Shown one piece after another: positions 36,184-45,150 of a DNA stretch of 46,071 nucleotides. Made by a program: the position numbers and the translations under genes. The stretch covers positions 1-46,071 of the forward strand of contig RFVE01000001.1 in assembly GCA_009922585.1 (NCBI GenBank), written 5' to 3'. Every line of letters begins with the position of its first letter. Position 1 is the stretch's first letter. The notes under the pieces are model-generated. The model worked only from the letters and a program-made list of their open reading frames with translations, did no database searches and was not told the origin of the DNA. This DNA is from Planctomycetia bacterium. Its GTDB lineage: Bacteria; Planctomycetota; Planctomycetia; Pirellulales; UBA1268.

Positions 36184-36646
36184 TCGAGTCGCCGCTCCTT
36201 TTCACTGACGATTGCGGGGTGACGGGATGCGGCTGGTCATCAGCCGGCGAGATCTTTTCTGCCCGCTCGCCAATTTTCCTGGCCAATCGGCCAGTCAGGT
36301 CGAGGAGGAGTCGCTCGATCGCCGCCACGCCGGCTGCACCGGCTCGGGGTGGGCCGGCCGCCCGCACGACCACAACGATGTCGAGACCGGCTGGCAGCCT
36401 TTCCCGCAGCCGGCGAAAGACATCCCGCAGCCGCCGCTTCCAACGGTTGCGGACAACTGCATGCCCCACCCGGCGGGAGACAGACAGGCCCAACCGGGAA
36501 ACAGTGCTGTCATGCCGTCGCAGCCCGTAGAGCACCAGCGGCCCGGCAGCCACCGAGGTTCGACCTTCGTAGACCGTCTTAAAATCGAGCGGTCTCCGCA
36601 AGCGGGCAGACCGCGGAAACCGGCAGTCCCCGCGGTCCGCGTTCAC
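36176..36646 (-). CDS. rnpA: ribonuclease P protein component
   Basis: FPRSARLRRPLDFKTVYEG...RLGLSVSRRVGHAVVRNRWKRRLRDVFR (RNR-type motif). The GTG start overlaps the stop of the upstream J-protein gene (GTGA). A C-terminal tail of ~35 aa extends beyond the usual length. Confidence 0.85.
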   Translation of the reverse strand: MNADRGDCRFPRSARLRRPLDFKTVYEGRTSVAAGPLVLYGLRRHDSTVSRLGLSVSRRVGHAVVRNRWKRRLRDVFRRLRERLPAGLDIVVVVRAAGPPRAGAAGVAAIERLLLDLTGRLARKIGERAEKISPADDQPHPVTPQSSVKRSGDSNG

Positions 36647-37590
36647 CAGACCAGCCCCGTCCGAGGCGGCTCGGTCACCGTCGCCTCTGCCGCCCGGGCC
36701 GCCTCAAGCAGGGCTGCTGTCGCGGTGGCGTCGGCACCGCCCGGCAGCGCAATTTGAACGTCGGCAATCAGATCACCCTTGGCCCCGTTGGCATGCCGCA
36801 CACCCATGCCGGCGGCCCGAAGCTTTTTGCCAGACGACGTGCCTGGAGGAATCCGCAGACTGATCGTGCCCCACGGTGTTGGTAGATCGACTTTGGCACC
36901 GGCAATCGCCTCGGAGAGCGTGATCGGCAGCCCGACCAGCAGCGTATCGCCGTCGCGGCGAAAGACGGGATGGGGCTCGACCCGCACCTGTAACACGAGA
37001 TCACCTGCAGCACCGCCTCCACTTCCGGGTCGCCCCTGCCCTCGCAGCCGCATTCGAGCGCCATCGGGAAGCCCTTGAGGGATGGTGACGCTGATCGTCT
37101 CGCCTCGGCCATCCCGCTCAATCCGCACCTCGGTCTTGCCCCCATCAATTGCCAGCTTGAACGGCACGCTGATGGTGGCAGAAAGATCCTCACCCGGCAT
37201 CGCCGCCGTTCGCCGGCTCCGACCGGCTCGTTTCCCCCGGCCACCGCCGAATAAATCGGCAAAGCCGCCGCCAAAGAGGCTTTCGAGGTCGATTTCAGCA
37301 CCAGCCTGCGGCCCGCCAGGAAAGGGTCCCGCCTGCCCCTGAGGGCTCCAGCCGCCGCCACCACCAACACCCTCAAAGGAGCTGCCGTAGCGGTCGTACA
37401 TCTCCCGTTTGCTCGGGTCGTTGAGCACATCGAAGGCGGTCTGCACCTTCTTGAACTGCTCCTTCGCCGCCTTGTCATCAGGGTGGAGGTCGGGATGGTA
37501 TTTCCTGGCCATTTCCCGGTAGGCCTTGCGGATATCCTCGGCCGTCGCCGTCCGCGAAACTCCAAGAACTTGGTAATGATCGTCGGCCAT
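36643..37590 (-). CDS. J-domain co-chaperone without zinc finger (CbpA/type II DnaJ-like)
   Basis: DHYQVLGVSRTATAEDIRKAYREMARKYHPDLHPDD (HPD motif), a G/F-rich region and two C-terminal beta-domains, with no CxxCxGxG repeats. 315 aa. Confidence 0.85.
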   Translation of the reverse strand: MADDHYQVLGVSRTATAEDIRKAYREMARKYHPDLHPDDKAAKEQFKKVQTAFDVLNDPSKREMYDRYGSSFEGVGGGGGWSPQGQAGPFPGGPQAGAEIDLESLFGGGFADLFGGGRGKRAGRSRRTAAMPGEDLSATISVPFKLAIDGGKTEVRIERDGRGETISVTIPQGLPDGARMRLRGQGRPGSGGGAAGDLVLQVRVEPHPVFRRDGDTLLVGLPITLSEAIAGAKVDLPTPWGTISLRIPPGTSSGKKLRAAGMGVRHANGAKGDLIADVQIALPGGADATATAALLEAARAAEATVTEPPRTGLVW

Positions 37591-37671
37591 AGCGTCCGCT
37601 TGAGCCCGTACCTCTGTTGCGATCGATCAGGCCACGGACCTATCCGGGCTGCCGAACCGAAGCCCCACAGT

Positions 37672-39918
37672 CTACGAGCGGGACTTCCGCCCCTTCAACC
37701 CGCCCTGACGCTGCCGCGTGCCTGAAGCACGAGCCTTGCCCGCCGCTGTCGCCGGCCGGCCCGCCGCCTCATCTTCAAGGCTGGGAAGCTTGGTTGCGGC
37801 GGCAGCGGACAGATCTGTCTCGTTCATGAATTGTACCTGGCAGCGAACCGGATCTTCACCGGCGGCCGGATGCAGCAGGTCAAAGCTGCCGTCAGGCTGC
37901 ATGATCCGGGTCCGGGTGTTGTCGGCGAGGTAGGTCGGAATGATCGAGTCAAGCAATCGTCGCCGGAGCGGCTCAGCCAACACCGGAAACATTACCTCAA
38001 CCCGCCGGAAGAAGTTGCGGGGCATCCAGTCGGCGCTGGCCAGGAAGACCTTCGCCTCGTCGCCCTCACCAAAGATGTAGATCCGGCTGTGCTCAAGGAA
38101 CCGGTCGACGATGCTGCGAACCTTGATGTTCTCACTGAGCCCGGGGACGCCGGGCCGCAGCGAGCAGATGCCCCGCGAGAGAATGTCGATCGGGACGCCT
38201 GCCTGACTCGCCCGGTAAAGGGCCTCAATCACCTGATGATCAACCAGCGAATTGACCTTGGCGAAAATCCGAGCCGGCTTGCCTGCCGCTGCTCGGGCGG
38301 ACTGCCCGTCGATGAGTTCAAGGGTTCGACGATGTAGGTCGTTGGGGGCGACGATCAACTGCTGCCAGGCGTGGCCCTGCGAGTAGCCGGTCAGCAGATT
38401 GAACAACGCCGTTGCGTCCTCCGCAATTGCCTCGTTGGCTGTGAATAGTCCAAGGTCGGTGTAAGTGGTCGCGGTCGCGGGGTTGTAATTTCCGGTCCCA
38501 AGATGAACGTACCGCTTCAGGCCCTCACGCTCATTCCGGACCACAAGTGAGACCTTACAGTGCGTCTTGAGATCGAGGAAACCGAAGACAACGTGCACCC
38601 CGGCACGTTCCAGCCGCCGCGCCCAGCTGACATTGTTGGCCTCATCAAAACGGGCCTGAAGCTCTACCAACGCCGTAACATGCTTGCCCGCTTCGGCAGC
38701 CTCCATCAACGCCCGGGTGATTGGTGAGTCACCACTGGTGCGATAGAGCGTCTGCTTGATGGCCAGCACCCGGGGATCCTTCGCTGCTGAGGTGACAAAC
38801 TCAACCACTGGATCGAACGATTCGTAAGGATGGTGAACAAGGATGTCCTCGCGGGCGATCGCCGCGAAGATATCCCGCCGTTGCCGAAAGGCAGGAGGCA
38901 TTCGGGGGGTGAATGGTGGATCATGAAATTTCTCGAAGCCGGCCAGCTTGTAGAGTTCCCACATTCCGGTCAGATCGAGTGGGCCGTCGATGCGATAGAC
39001 CTCGTCATAGCCTGCATCACCAGGGTCTTCACTCCCGCTGTGCAGGTCTTCATCGTCGATGATCCGCTGAGCAATCGCCTCGTCGGCCTTGGCAGCAATT
39101 TCGATCCGCACTGCCTGCCCCCGCTGCCGGGCCTTGAGCCGCTCCTCGATCAGCCGCAGCATGTCATCCGACTCCTGCTCAAGCAGTTCCTGGTCGCAGT
39201 CACGGGTGATCCGAAAAGTCGTCCACGATTTCACCGCAAATCCACCGAATAGCTCTGGGAGCCTGGCGGCGACCAACTCCTCAAGCAGCAGGAAAGACGC
39301 TTTACCACTGCCGCTGCCGGGCAGCACCACAATTCGCGGCAACACCTGAGGCACTTGGACAACAGCAAAGAGCTGTTTCGGGCCGAGTCCCTCCTCGTGT
39401 TCGAGCATTGCCCCAAGATAGAGCCCACGGTTGTGGTAGCGGGGCGAGGGATGGGACGGGTCGCAGGCCATCGGCGTCAGAATCGGAAGAGCCCGTTCCT
39501 GGAAAAATGTATCGACATATGCCCGCTGCTCAGCGTTCAGATCGGCATCTTTCATGACGCTGAATCCGGCCTCCACCATGGCTGGCCCAATACTCTCCCG
39601 CAGGCAGCGGTACTGGCGGGCGACCAATTCCTGGGTGCGGGCCGCGATCGCTCGCAACTGCTCAATGGCGGTCATCCCGTCGGCTGCAAAATCCTGCGGC
39701 GCCCCGTCTCCAAAAGCCTGCTCGCGGACGCCTGCCACCCGCACCATGAAAAATTCATCGAGGTTCGAACTGAAGATCGCCAGGAACTTCATTCGCTCCA
39801 GCAGGGGGTTCTCCGGGTTTTCGGCCTCTTCGAGCACCCGCAGATTGAATTCCAGCCAGCTCAACTCGCGATTGATGAAGGCGTCCGATCCAATGGCAGC
39901 GGGGAGCTTCTGTGGCAT
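37672..39918 (-). CDS. ppk: polyphosphate kinase 1
   Basis: FINRELSWLEFNLRVLEEAENPENPLLERMKFLAIFSSNLDEFFMVRVAG, plus two PLD-like HKD-type regions (THCKVSLVVR...). ATG at 39918 (MPQKLP); the track start is 39990. Basic C-terminal tail. Confidence 0.95.
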   Translation of the reverse strand: MPQKLPAAIGSDAFINRELSWLEFNLRVLEEAENPENPLLERMKFLAIFSSNLDEFFMVRVAGVREQAFGDGAPQDFAADGMTAIEQLRAIAARTQELVARQYRCLRESIGPAMVEAGFSVMKDADLNAEQRAYVDTFFQERALPILTPMACDPSHPSPRYHNRGLYLGAMLEHEEGLGPKQLFAVVQVPQVLPRIVVLPGSGSGKASFLLLEELVAARLPELFGGFAVKSWTTFRITRDCDQELLEQESDDMLRLIEERLKARQRGQAVRIEIAAKADEAIAQRIIDDEDLHSGSEDPGDAGYDEVYRIDGPLDLTGMWELYKLAGFEKFHDPPFTPRMPPAFRQRRDIFAAIAREDILVHHPYESFDPVVEFVTSAAKDPRVLAIKQTLYRTSGDSPITRALMEAAEAGKHVTALVELQARFDEANNVSWARRLERAGVHVVFGFLDLKTHCKVSLVVRNEREGLKRYVHLGTGNYNPATATTYTDLGLFTANEAIAEDATALFNLLTGYSQGHAWQQLIVAPNDLHRRTLELIDGQSARAAAGKPARIFAKVNSLVDHQVIEALYRASQAGVPIDILSRGICSLRPGVPGLSENIKVRSIVDRFLEHSRIYIFGEGDEAKVFLASADWMPRNFFRRVEVMFPVLAEPLRRRLLDSIIPTYLADNTRTRIMQPDGSFDLLHPAAGEDPVRCQVQFMNETDLSAAAATKLPSLEDEAAGRPATAAGKARASGTRQRQGGLKGRKSRS

Positions 39919-40051
39919 GATGGTGTTCTTTCCTGGTCGCAGGGCCTTCGTTGACAGCAATCGTTGCCCCCCCACGGTCGGTGGCCGCAAGAGCCTGAGC
40001 GACTTGTGCTGAGGTGGGCGTCCAACCTGCTGCCATCAATTGTTTCATACC

Positions 40052-40996
40052 ATGCCCGCCAACATCATGCTGGACATCAAGAACTCATACTTCCCATCCG
40101 GCGAGCGGTCGCTTCGCGAGGCTGCCTTCGCACTGACCGCGAGTCAGACGGCTGGGGTCGTTCCGCAAAGCCCCGGCGGAATAGCCACTGCTGCCAGCCT
40201 TCTCGAGGCCACGGCCCGCAAGCCGGGCAACGTCCACCCAGCCGCAGCCTTTCCCGACCTCTGCTACGCCGACCTACGGGCTGCCGCCATTGCCATCGGA
40301 CCGCCACTGGACCGGGCCGGTCGAGAACCGCTCGGCCAGGTGATCCAGGAGGCCGTCACTGCTGCGCGGGCAGTGAGTCAGTCCAATGCGAACCTCGGGA
40401 TCGTACTGGCAGTCACTCCACTGGCCGCTGCTTCGGCTGCTGAAGGCGATCTGTCACCAGCCACGGTACGGCAGGCACTGGCAACCCTCGACAGTACCGA
40501 TGCAGCGGCGATCTACGCAGCCATTCGCGCCGCCGGCGCGGGCGGTCTCGGCCGACGGTCCCGTCACGATATCGCCGGGCCAGCCCCGGCATCCATTCTT
40601 ACCGCCATGCAAGCGGCCGCCGAACAGGTTCCGAGCGATCGTATCGCTGCACTCTGGGCAGAGGGCTATGAGCCGCTCTGGGCTGGGCCGGTAGCCGACC
40701 TGGCAGCGCTCGAGGCAGCTGGCTGCGGCTGGGAAGAGACCATCGTGCGGACAGCACTCCGGCAACTGGCTCGCACCCCCGACTCCCTCATCGCCAGACG
40801 GCACGGGCTGCCGACAGCAATCGACGTCGCGAGACAAGCCGCAGCAATCGCCGACCTTTCCGGCTCAGGCTGGACAACCGCCGTTGCTCGATTCGACCAC
40901 GACCTCCGTGCCCCCCGGCGGCTCAACCCCGGCACCACGGCCGACCTCGTCGCCGCTGCACTCTATATTCACCTTTGGCGATCAATCACGAAATGA
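40052..40996 (+). CDS. triphosphoribosyl-dephospho-CoA synthase (CitG/MdcB) family protein, H4MPT-cluster type
   Basis: LLEATARKPGNVHP, ANLGIVLAVTPLAAA and LNPGTTADLVAAALYI fit the CitG family pattern. The neighbouring mch supports the H4MPT-associated subtype. ATG at 40052 (track: TTG at 40040). Confidence 0.65.
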   Translation: MPANIMLDIKNSYFPSGERSLREAAFALTASQTAGVVPQSPGGIATAASLLEATARKPGNVHPAAAFPDLCYADLRAAAIAIGPPLDRAGREPLGQVIQEAVTAARAVSQSNANLGIVLAVTPLAAASAAEGDLSPATVRQALATLDSTDAAAIYAAIRAAGAGGLGRRSRHDIAGPAPASILTAMQAAAEQVPSDRIAALWAEGYEPLWAGPVADLAALEAAGCGWEETIVRTALRQLARTPDSLIARRHGLPTAIDVARQAAAIADLSGSGWTTAVARFDHDLRAPRRLNPGTTADLVAAALYIHLWRSITK

Positions 40997-41075
40997 AATG
41001 GTGGGGGGTCCGTCCCCAAACCCCCAAAAAGGTCTTCCGTCAGTCCCCAAGAGTTCCTCCAGGCAGACTCCACTC

Positions 41076-41615
41076 ATGCCCGACCATTACCGCGTTACCA
41101 TGCGAAAAGCTGTTCACGTTTTTTCCGCGGGTCACTTCATCACCCTGACCGACGAGATCTGTGAGCCAATGCACGGGCACAACTGGACCGTTGCCTGTGA
41201 GGTCTTCGGCTGTCCCGATGCACACGGCATGGTGGTCGATTTCATTCGGCTGCGCGACACCCTGACCGCCATCGTCGCACGGCTCGACCATGCCATGCTG
41301 CTACCAACCGAAAATCGGCTGATTCACGTCAGGGAGCAGACCGTAGCGGGACAGGCCGAGGTTGAGGTCCGCTTTGGGAGTCGTCGCTGGGTGTTTCCTG
41401 CCGATGAGTGCCGCCTGCTACCACTTGCAAACACCACCGCTGAGTGGCTGGGCCGCTGGATCGGCCAGGAGCTGCTAGATGCCTTTGCCCGGGCTGGCCA
41501 ACCACTCACTGCGGGGCTTCGCGTCGAGGTCGATGAATGCCTGGGGCAGGCGGCGGTTTGGGAGCAACTGCCCGGCTCGCCAGCGAAACCAGTCTCGGCT
41601 ACGAAAGCGGAGTGA
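41076..41615 (+). CDS. 6-carboxytetrahydropterin/6-pyruvoyl-tetrahydropterin synthase family protein (QueD/PTPS)
   Basis: FSAGHFI...EICEPMHGHNW (the Cx3HGH signature) and DHAMLLP. ATG at 41076 (MPDHYRV); the track start at 40884 lies inside the previous gene. Confidence 0.8.
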   Translation: MPDHYRVTMRKAVHVFSAGHFITLTDEICEPMHGHNWTVACEVFGCPDAHGMVVDFIRLRDTLTAIVARLDHAMLLPTENRLIHVREQTVAGQAEVEVRFGSRRWVFPADECRLLPLANTTAEWLGRWIGQELLDAFARAGQPLTAGLRVEVDECLGQAAVWEQLPGSPAKPVSATKAE

Positions 41616-42270
41616 CAATGAGGCTGGCAGCGGCCTCGCGTGGGAGGGCAACGGCCCCGCCGCCAATGCGAACCTGGACCACCCCAGCATCATCGACCGC
41701 TCGTTCGACACGGCCGACTGCGTCGAGCACCAGTCCACTGTCTGAGAGGTACCGGAGAAACGGGGGTGACTGGTCGAGCACACGGGTCACCCGAAACCGC
41801 TCGCCAGCCGCAGCGGCTGACAAGGGGTGACCGGCGTCGGTGGCTTCTGCGATTCGGTCCGCGTTCCCCCGTGGAATTGGATCGCCGTGTGGATCAACAT
41901 CGGGTTGCCCGAGAAAGGCGTCGATGCGATCGATTAACAGATCGCTGACGGCATGCTCCATATGTTCAGCTTCTTCGTGGACCTCGTCCCAGGTCATCTC
42001 AAGGGTCTGCACCAGGAACTGCTCAATCAGCCGATGGCGACGAATGACCCGCAGGGCGAGCGCCCTGCCAGTTTCAGAAAGAGCCACCCCTTCATAAGGC
42101 GTATGAGCTGCCAGACGGGCGGCATCGAGGGTTTTGAGCATGCTCGTGACCGTCCCCGGCGTGACGCCCAGCGCGGTCGCCAATTGGCCAGTACTGACAG
42201 GCTGATCCGCCTGGGTCGCCGAAATTTGATAGATCGCTTTGACGTAATTTTCGACGGTGAGACTCGGCAT
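41599..42270 (-). CDS. DtxR/IdeR/MntR family metal-dependent transcriptional regulator with C-terminal SH3-like domain
   Basis: ENYVKAIYQI, TGQLATALGVTPGTVTSMLKTL (wHTH), RHRLIEQFL, and the metal-site segment EEAEHMEH...DPHGDPIP. 223 aa. The 3' end overlaps the convergent QueD-like gene by 17 nt. Confidence 0.85.
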   Translation of the reverse strand: MPSLTVENYVKAIYQISATQADQPVSTGQLATALGVTPGTVTSMLKTLDAARLAAHTPYEGVALSETGRALALRVIRRHRLIEQFLVQTLEMTWDEVHEEAEHMEHAVSDLLIDRIDAFLGQPDVDPHGDPIPRGNADRIAEATDAGHPLSAAAAGERFRVTRVLDQSPPFLRYLSDSGLVLDAVGRVERAVDDAGVVQVRIGGGAVALPREAAASLIVTPLS

Positions 42271-42436
42271 TCGTCCGTCTTCCCGGCAGGTGATGTCAGC
42301 CCGCGACAGGGCTGGATTGGCGGCAGCCGAGGCACAGGCAGTTGCGATTCCAGTCTACACCGACAAAAATGGATCGTTTCCGGGGTTTTGTTGCTCAGCC
42401 AGCCGCCAGTCTTATCAAGAGTAGCCAACTCCCCCT

Positions 42437-43483
42437 ATGCACATCTTGAGAAGCACCGCTGCATTGAATCACCCTGTCGACACCGATCCTGTAAACGAGC
42501 AGGCCGAAGCAGTTTCACTGAATGCCGCAGCCGTCATCCTGCTCGACGATCTCCTTTCCACTCCGGCGAGCTTTGCCGCTGAAATCCATGAGTGTGGAGG
42601 AAGTCGGGTCATTGACTGTGGGGTGTCCGCCACGGGCAACAACAGCCTGGGCATGCTGCTGGCGCGGGCGGCCCTGGGAGGACAGGGCGAGGTCGGGCTG
42701 AGCGACACAGCGGGCGGCACACCGCTTGAGGAGGTCTGGCCCAAATGCCCTTGGCCGGTCGTCACGGTTGCATCAGCCGATCCGGTCGCCGCCTGCCTGG
42801 CGTCACAGTATGCCGGCTGGAAGGTGGACGACAGTGGGTACTTTGCCATGGCGAGTGGACCACTGCGGGCCGCCATCGGAGGCGAAGAGATTTTCGACAC
42901 AATCGGTCGGCGGGAGCGAGTTCCAGTGGCAGTCGGTCTGCTTGAGGCAAGCCAGCTCCCTCCAGAAAGGGTGTGTTGCCAGCTTGCCGATCGGGCAGGG
43001 GTGGAACCGGGTGGGTTGATTTTGCTGGTAGCCGCGACTGCCAGCCCGGCGGGTACGATGCAGGTCGTCGCCCGGTCTCTTGAGACGGCCTTGCACCAGT
43101 TGCATGAACGGAAGTTCGACCTCAGCCGAATCATCGCCGGGTGGGCAGCCGCCCCCCTGCCCCCGGTCGCAGCCGACAATTTGACCGCAATCGGCCGTAC
43201 CAACGACGCCATCCTCTACGGTGGCTTCGTTCAGCTTGAGATCACCGGGGATGATGCCAGCCTCGACCTCATCGGCCCCCAAATCGTCAGCAGCCACTCC
43301 CCGGCTCATGGGCAGCCATTCCGCGATTTGTTCAAGCAGGCCAATGGGGACTTCTATGCCCTCGATCCAGCGATCTTTGCACCGGCAATGGTTGAGTTTA
43401 TCAATCATGACACTGGTCGCCGCCGACGCTTCGGACGAATTGAGGCGGGGGTGATCGAGCAGTCGTTTACGGCAACTGGCTGA
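42437..43483 (+). CDS. mch: methenyltetrahydromethanopterin cyclohydrolase
   Basis: VSLNAAA..., SRVIDCGVSATGNNSLGMLLARAALGG, ACLASQYAGWKV and YFAMASGPLRA fit my recollection of the Mch family pattern and length. Confidence 0.8.
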   Translation: MHILRSTAALNHPVDTDPVNEQAEAVSLNAAAVILLDDLLSTPASFAAEIHECGGSRVIDCGVSATGNNSLGMLLARAALGGQGEVGLSDTAGGTPLEEVWPKCPWPVVTVASADPVAACLASQYAGWKVDDSGYFAMASGPLRAAIGGEEIFDTIGRRERVPVAVGLLEASQLPPERVCCQLADRAGVEPGGLILLVAATASPAGTMQVVARSLETALHQLHERKFDLSRIIAGWAAAPLPPVAADNLTAIGRTNDAILYGGFVQLEITGDDASLDLIGPQIVSSHSPAHGQPFRDLFKQANGDFYALDPAIFAPAMVEFINHDTGRRRRFGRIEAGVIEQSFTATG

Positions 43484-43489
43484 ACCGCG

Positions 43490-44401
43490 ATGGCAAACAG
43501 GCCGCGGATTGTGCTGATCGGGAATTCCGGTAGCTGGCATGTCAATGAGCTCCTGCAGCGATGTGACCGCCGGGCCGTCGGGCAGGTCGTAAGCTGGCCA
43601 GAACTGGCGGCTTTGATCAGCGATGGAAAAGAACGGTTCCTCCCCGAGGCAGTGGAACTGGCGGACTGCCTGCTCATCCGGGGCATGCCTGCTGGCACGC
43701 TTGAGCAAGTCATCAGCCGCATGGACATGCTGGGACGGCTAGCAGCCCAGGGGCGGAGGATACTCAACCAGCCAGCAGCACTTGAAATCGCTATCGATAA
43801 ATATCTGGCCACAGCCCGACTGGCGGCAGCAGGACTGCCGGTTGTTCCCTCAGCACTGGTGCAGTCGGCCGCGGATCTGGACCGCGTACGGGGAGAACTG
43901 GGAGACAGTCTGATTGCCAAACCGCTGTTCGGCTCGAACGGCCGTGGCCTTTGCCAGCTTGCCAAAACCGGTGATCCACCAGAACCACTCCGGGGTCAGG
44001 GAGCCATCTTGGTCCAGCAGCAGATTCCGCATGAGGGCTGGGACGTTCGCATCCTGGTCGTGGGAGATCGAACCTATGCGATGAAGCGGTTGGCCCCCGC
44101 CGGTGACTGGCGAACCAATATCGCCCTCGGGGGTCAACCTGCCCCATTCGCCGCTCCAGCCGACTGGATCGATCTGGCCCGAAAGGCAGCGGCGGCAGTC
44201 GGTGCCGAACTCGCTGGGGTCGATCTGCTGCCAGCAACTGACGGTTCTCTCTGGCTTCTCGAGGTGAATGCAGTGCCGGGCTGGCAGGCGCTGCAGCGTG
44301 TCGTTCCAGACGATCTGGCCGCAGCAGTCCTCGAACTTGCTCTCGGGGCCGAGGGAAATTTGACCAATGTTGCGGAAAAAACGGGGCCGACAGCACCGTA
44401 G
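43490..44401 (+). CDS. RimK/MptN-type ATP-grasp ligase (putative H4MPT:alpha-L-glutamate ligase)
   Basis: ATP-grasp pattern DKYLATARLAAAGLPVVPS, LIAKPLFGSNGRG, GWDVRILVVGDR, DWRTNIALGG and GVDLL...LLEVNAVPGW. Starts 6 nt after mch. Confidence 0.8.
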   Translation: MANRPRIVLIGNSGSWHVNELLQRCDRRAVGQVVSWPELAALISDGKERFLPEAVELADCLLIRGMPAGTLEQVISRMDMLGRLAAQGRRILNQPAALEIAIDKYLATARLAAAGLPVVPSALVQSAADLDRVRGELGDSLIAKPLFGSNGRGLCQLAKTGDPPEPLRGQGAILVQQQIPHEGWDVRILVVGDRTYAMKRLAPAGDWRTNIALGGQPAPFAAPADWIDLARKAAAAVGAELAGVDLLPATDGSLWLLEVNAVPGWQALQRVVPDDLAAAVLELALGAEGNLTNVAEKTGPTAP

Positions 44402-44684
44402 ACGACTCCCAGCGCGGAAGCCGTAAAAAACGGACAGTTGGCAAATGCGAAACAAGCCTGCTGCGCACTTTCTAGGCAGAGAATCCTGTGCCTGCCCTTC
44501 GTGCAGCCCTGCAAGACTTTGAGGCAGCTGCCGGCAACTGGGCGTAAGTCTTTGCTATCAAAGAACTTGCATTCGCAGCTTGACTGCATGCGAAAGCTTC
44601 TGGCAATCGGACGACCACTGGGCGGCCGAGTCATCAGAGTCAGAGCGGTCCCTGAGCCGCCGAGATGCCCTTAGGAGTTTTCAG

Positions 44685-45119
44685 ATGGCTACACGAGCCG
44701 AGCCGTCCGCTTTGGAACCAGTCGCGGCCAGGCAGGAGCATGGCCCCCAGGCAGTTCTCGAGGTTGCCGAGCAGCTATTTGCTGCCAACCCAGAATGGCT
44801 GGTTTTTTTTCGAGAAATTATGGGGCTCGAGGGAATCGTCCGACGGACGTTCCAGCACCCTGAGGCTTTGCTGCGGTTTGAATGCTCACCAGAATACGCC
44901 CGGATTCGGGAAATGCTCGATGAGCTTCGTCAGCGACAACAGGATCAGCCAGCCCCTCGGGAAAGCCAGCGGGTCGTGACGGTACGAATGCCGCGGTCGC
45001 TGCACGAAACACTGAAGGCCGAAGCCCAGCAGATGAGAGTCAGCATCAATTCGCTCTGCATCACAAAGCTGCTGAAATTGATTGATGAAGAAACGCAGCG
45101 AGAATTGACCGCCGGTTGA
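44685..45119 (+). CDS. hypothetical protein with C-terminal ribbon-helix-helix (Arc/HicB-antitoxin-like) motif
   Basis: VTVRMPRSLHETLKAEAQQMRVSINSLCITKLL resembles RHH/HicB-type DNA-binding tails. The ATG at 44685 sits 7 nt after AGGAG; the track start is 44580. Confidence 0.5.
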   Translation: MATRAEPSALEPVAARQEHGPQAVLEVAEQLFAANPEWLVFFREIMGLEGIVRRTFQHPEALLRFECSPEYARIREMLDELRQRQQDQPAPRESQRVVTVRMPRSLHETLKAEAQQMRVSINSLCITKLLKLIDEETQRELTAG

Positions 45120-45150
45120 ACTCACGAGCCCCCGCAGACGGCATAGGAAA

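Noticed and set aside
42469-44468. Minus-strand ORFs across mch and the ATP-grasp gene: 42469-43212, 42803-43708, 43405-43965, 43791-44468 and 43850-44455.
   Set aside because: They are Arg/Ser/Pro-rich antisense frames. The plus-strand products carry clear Mch and ATP-grasp motifs.
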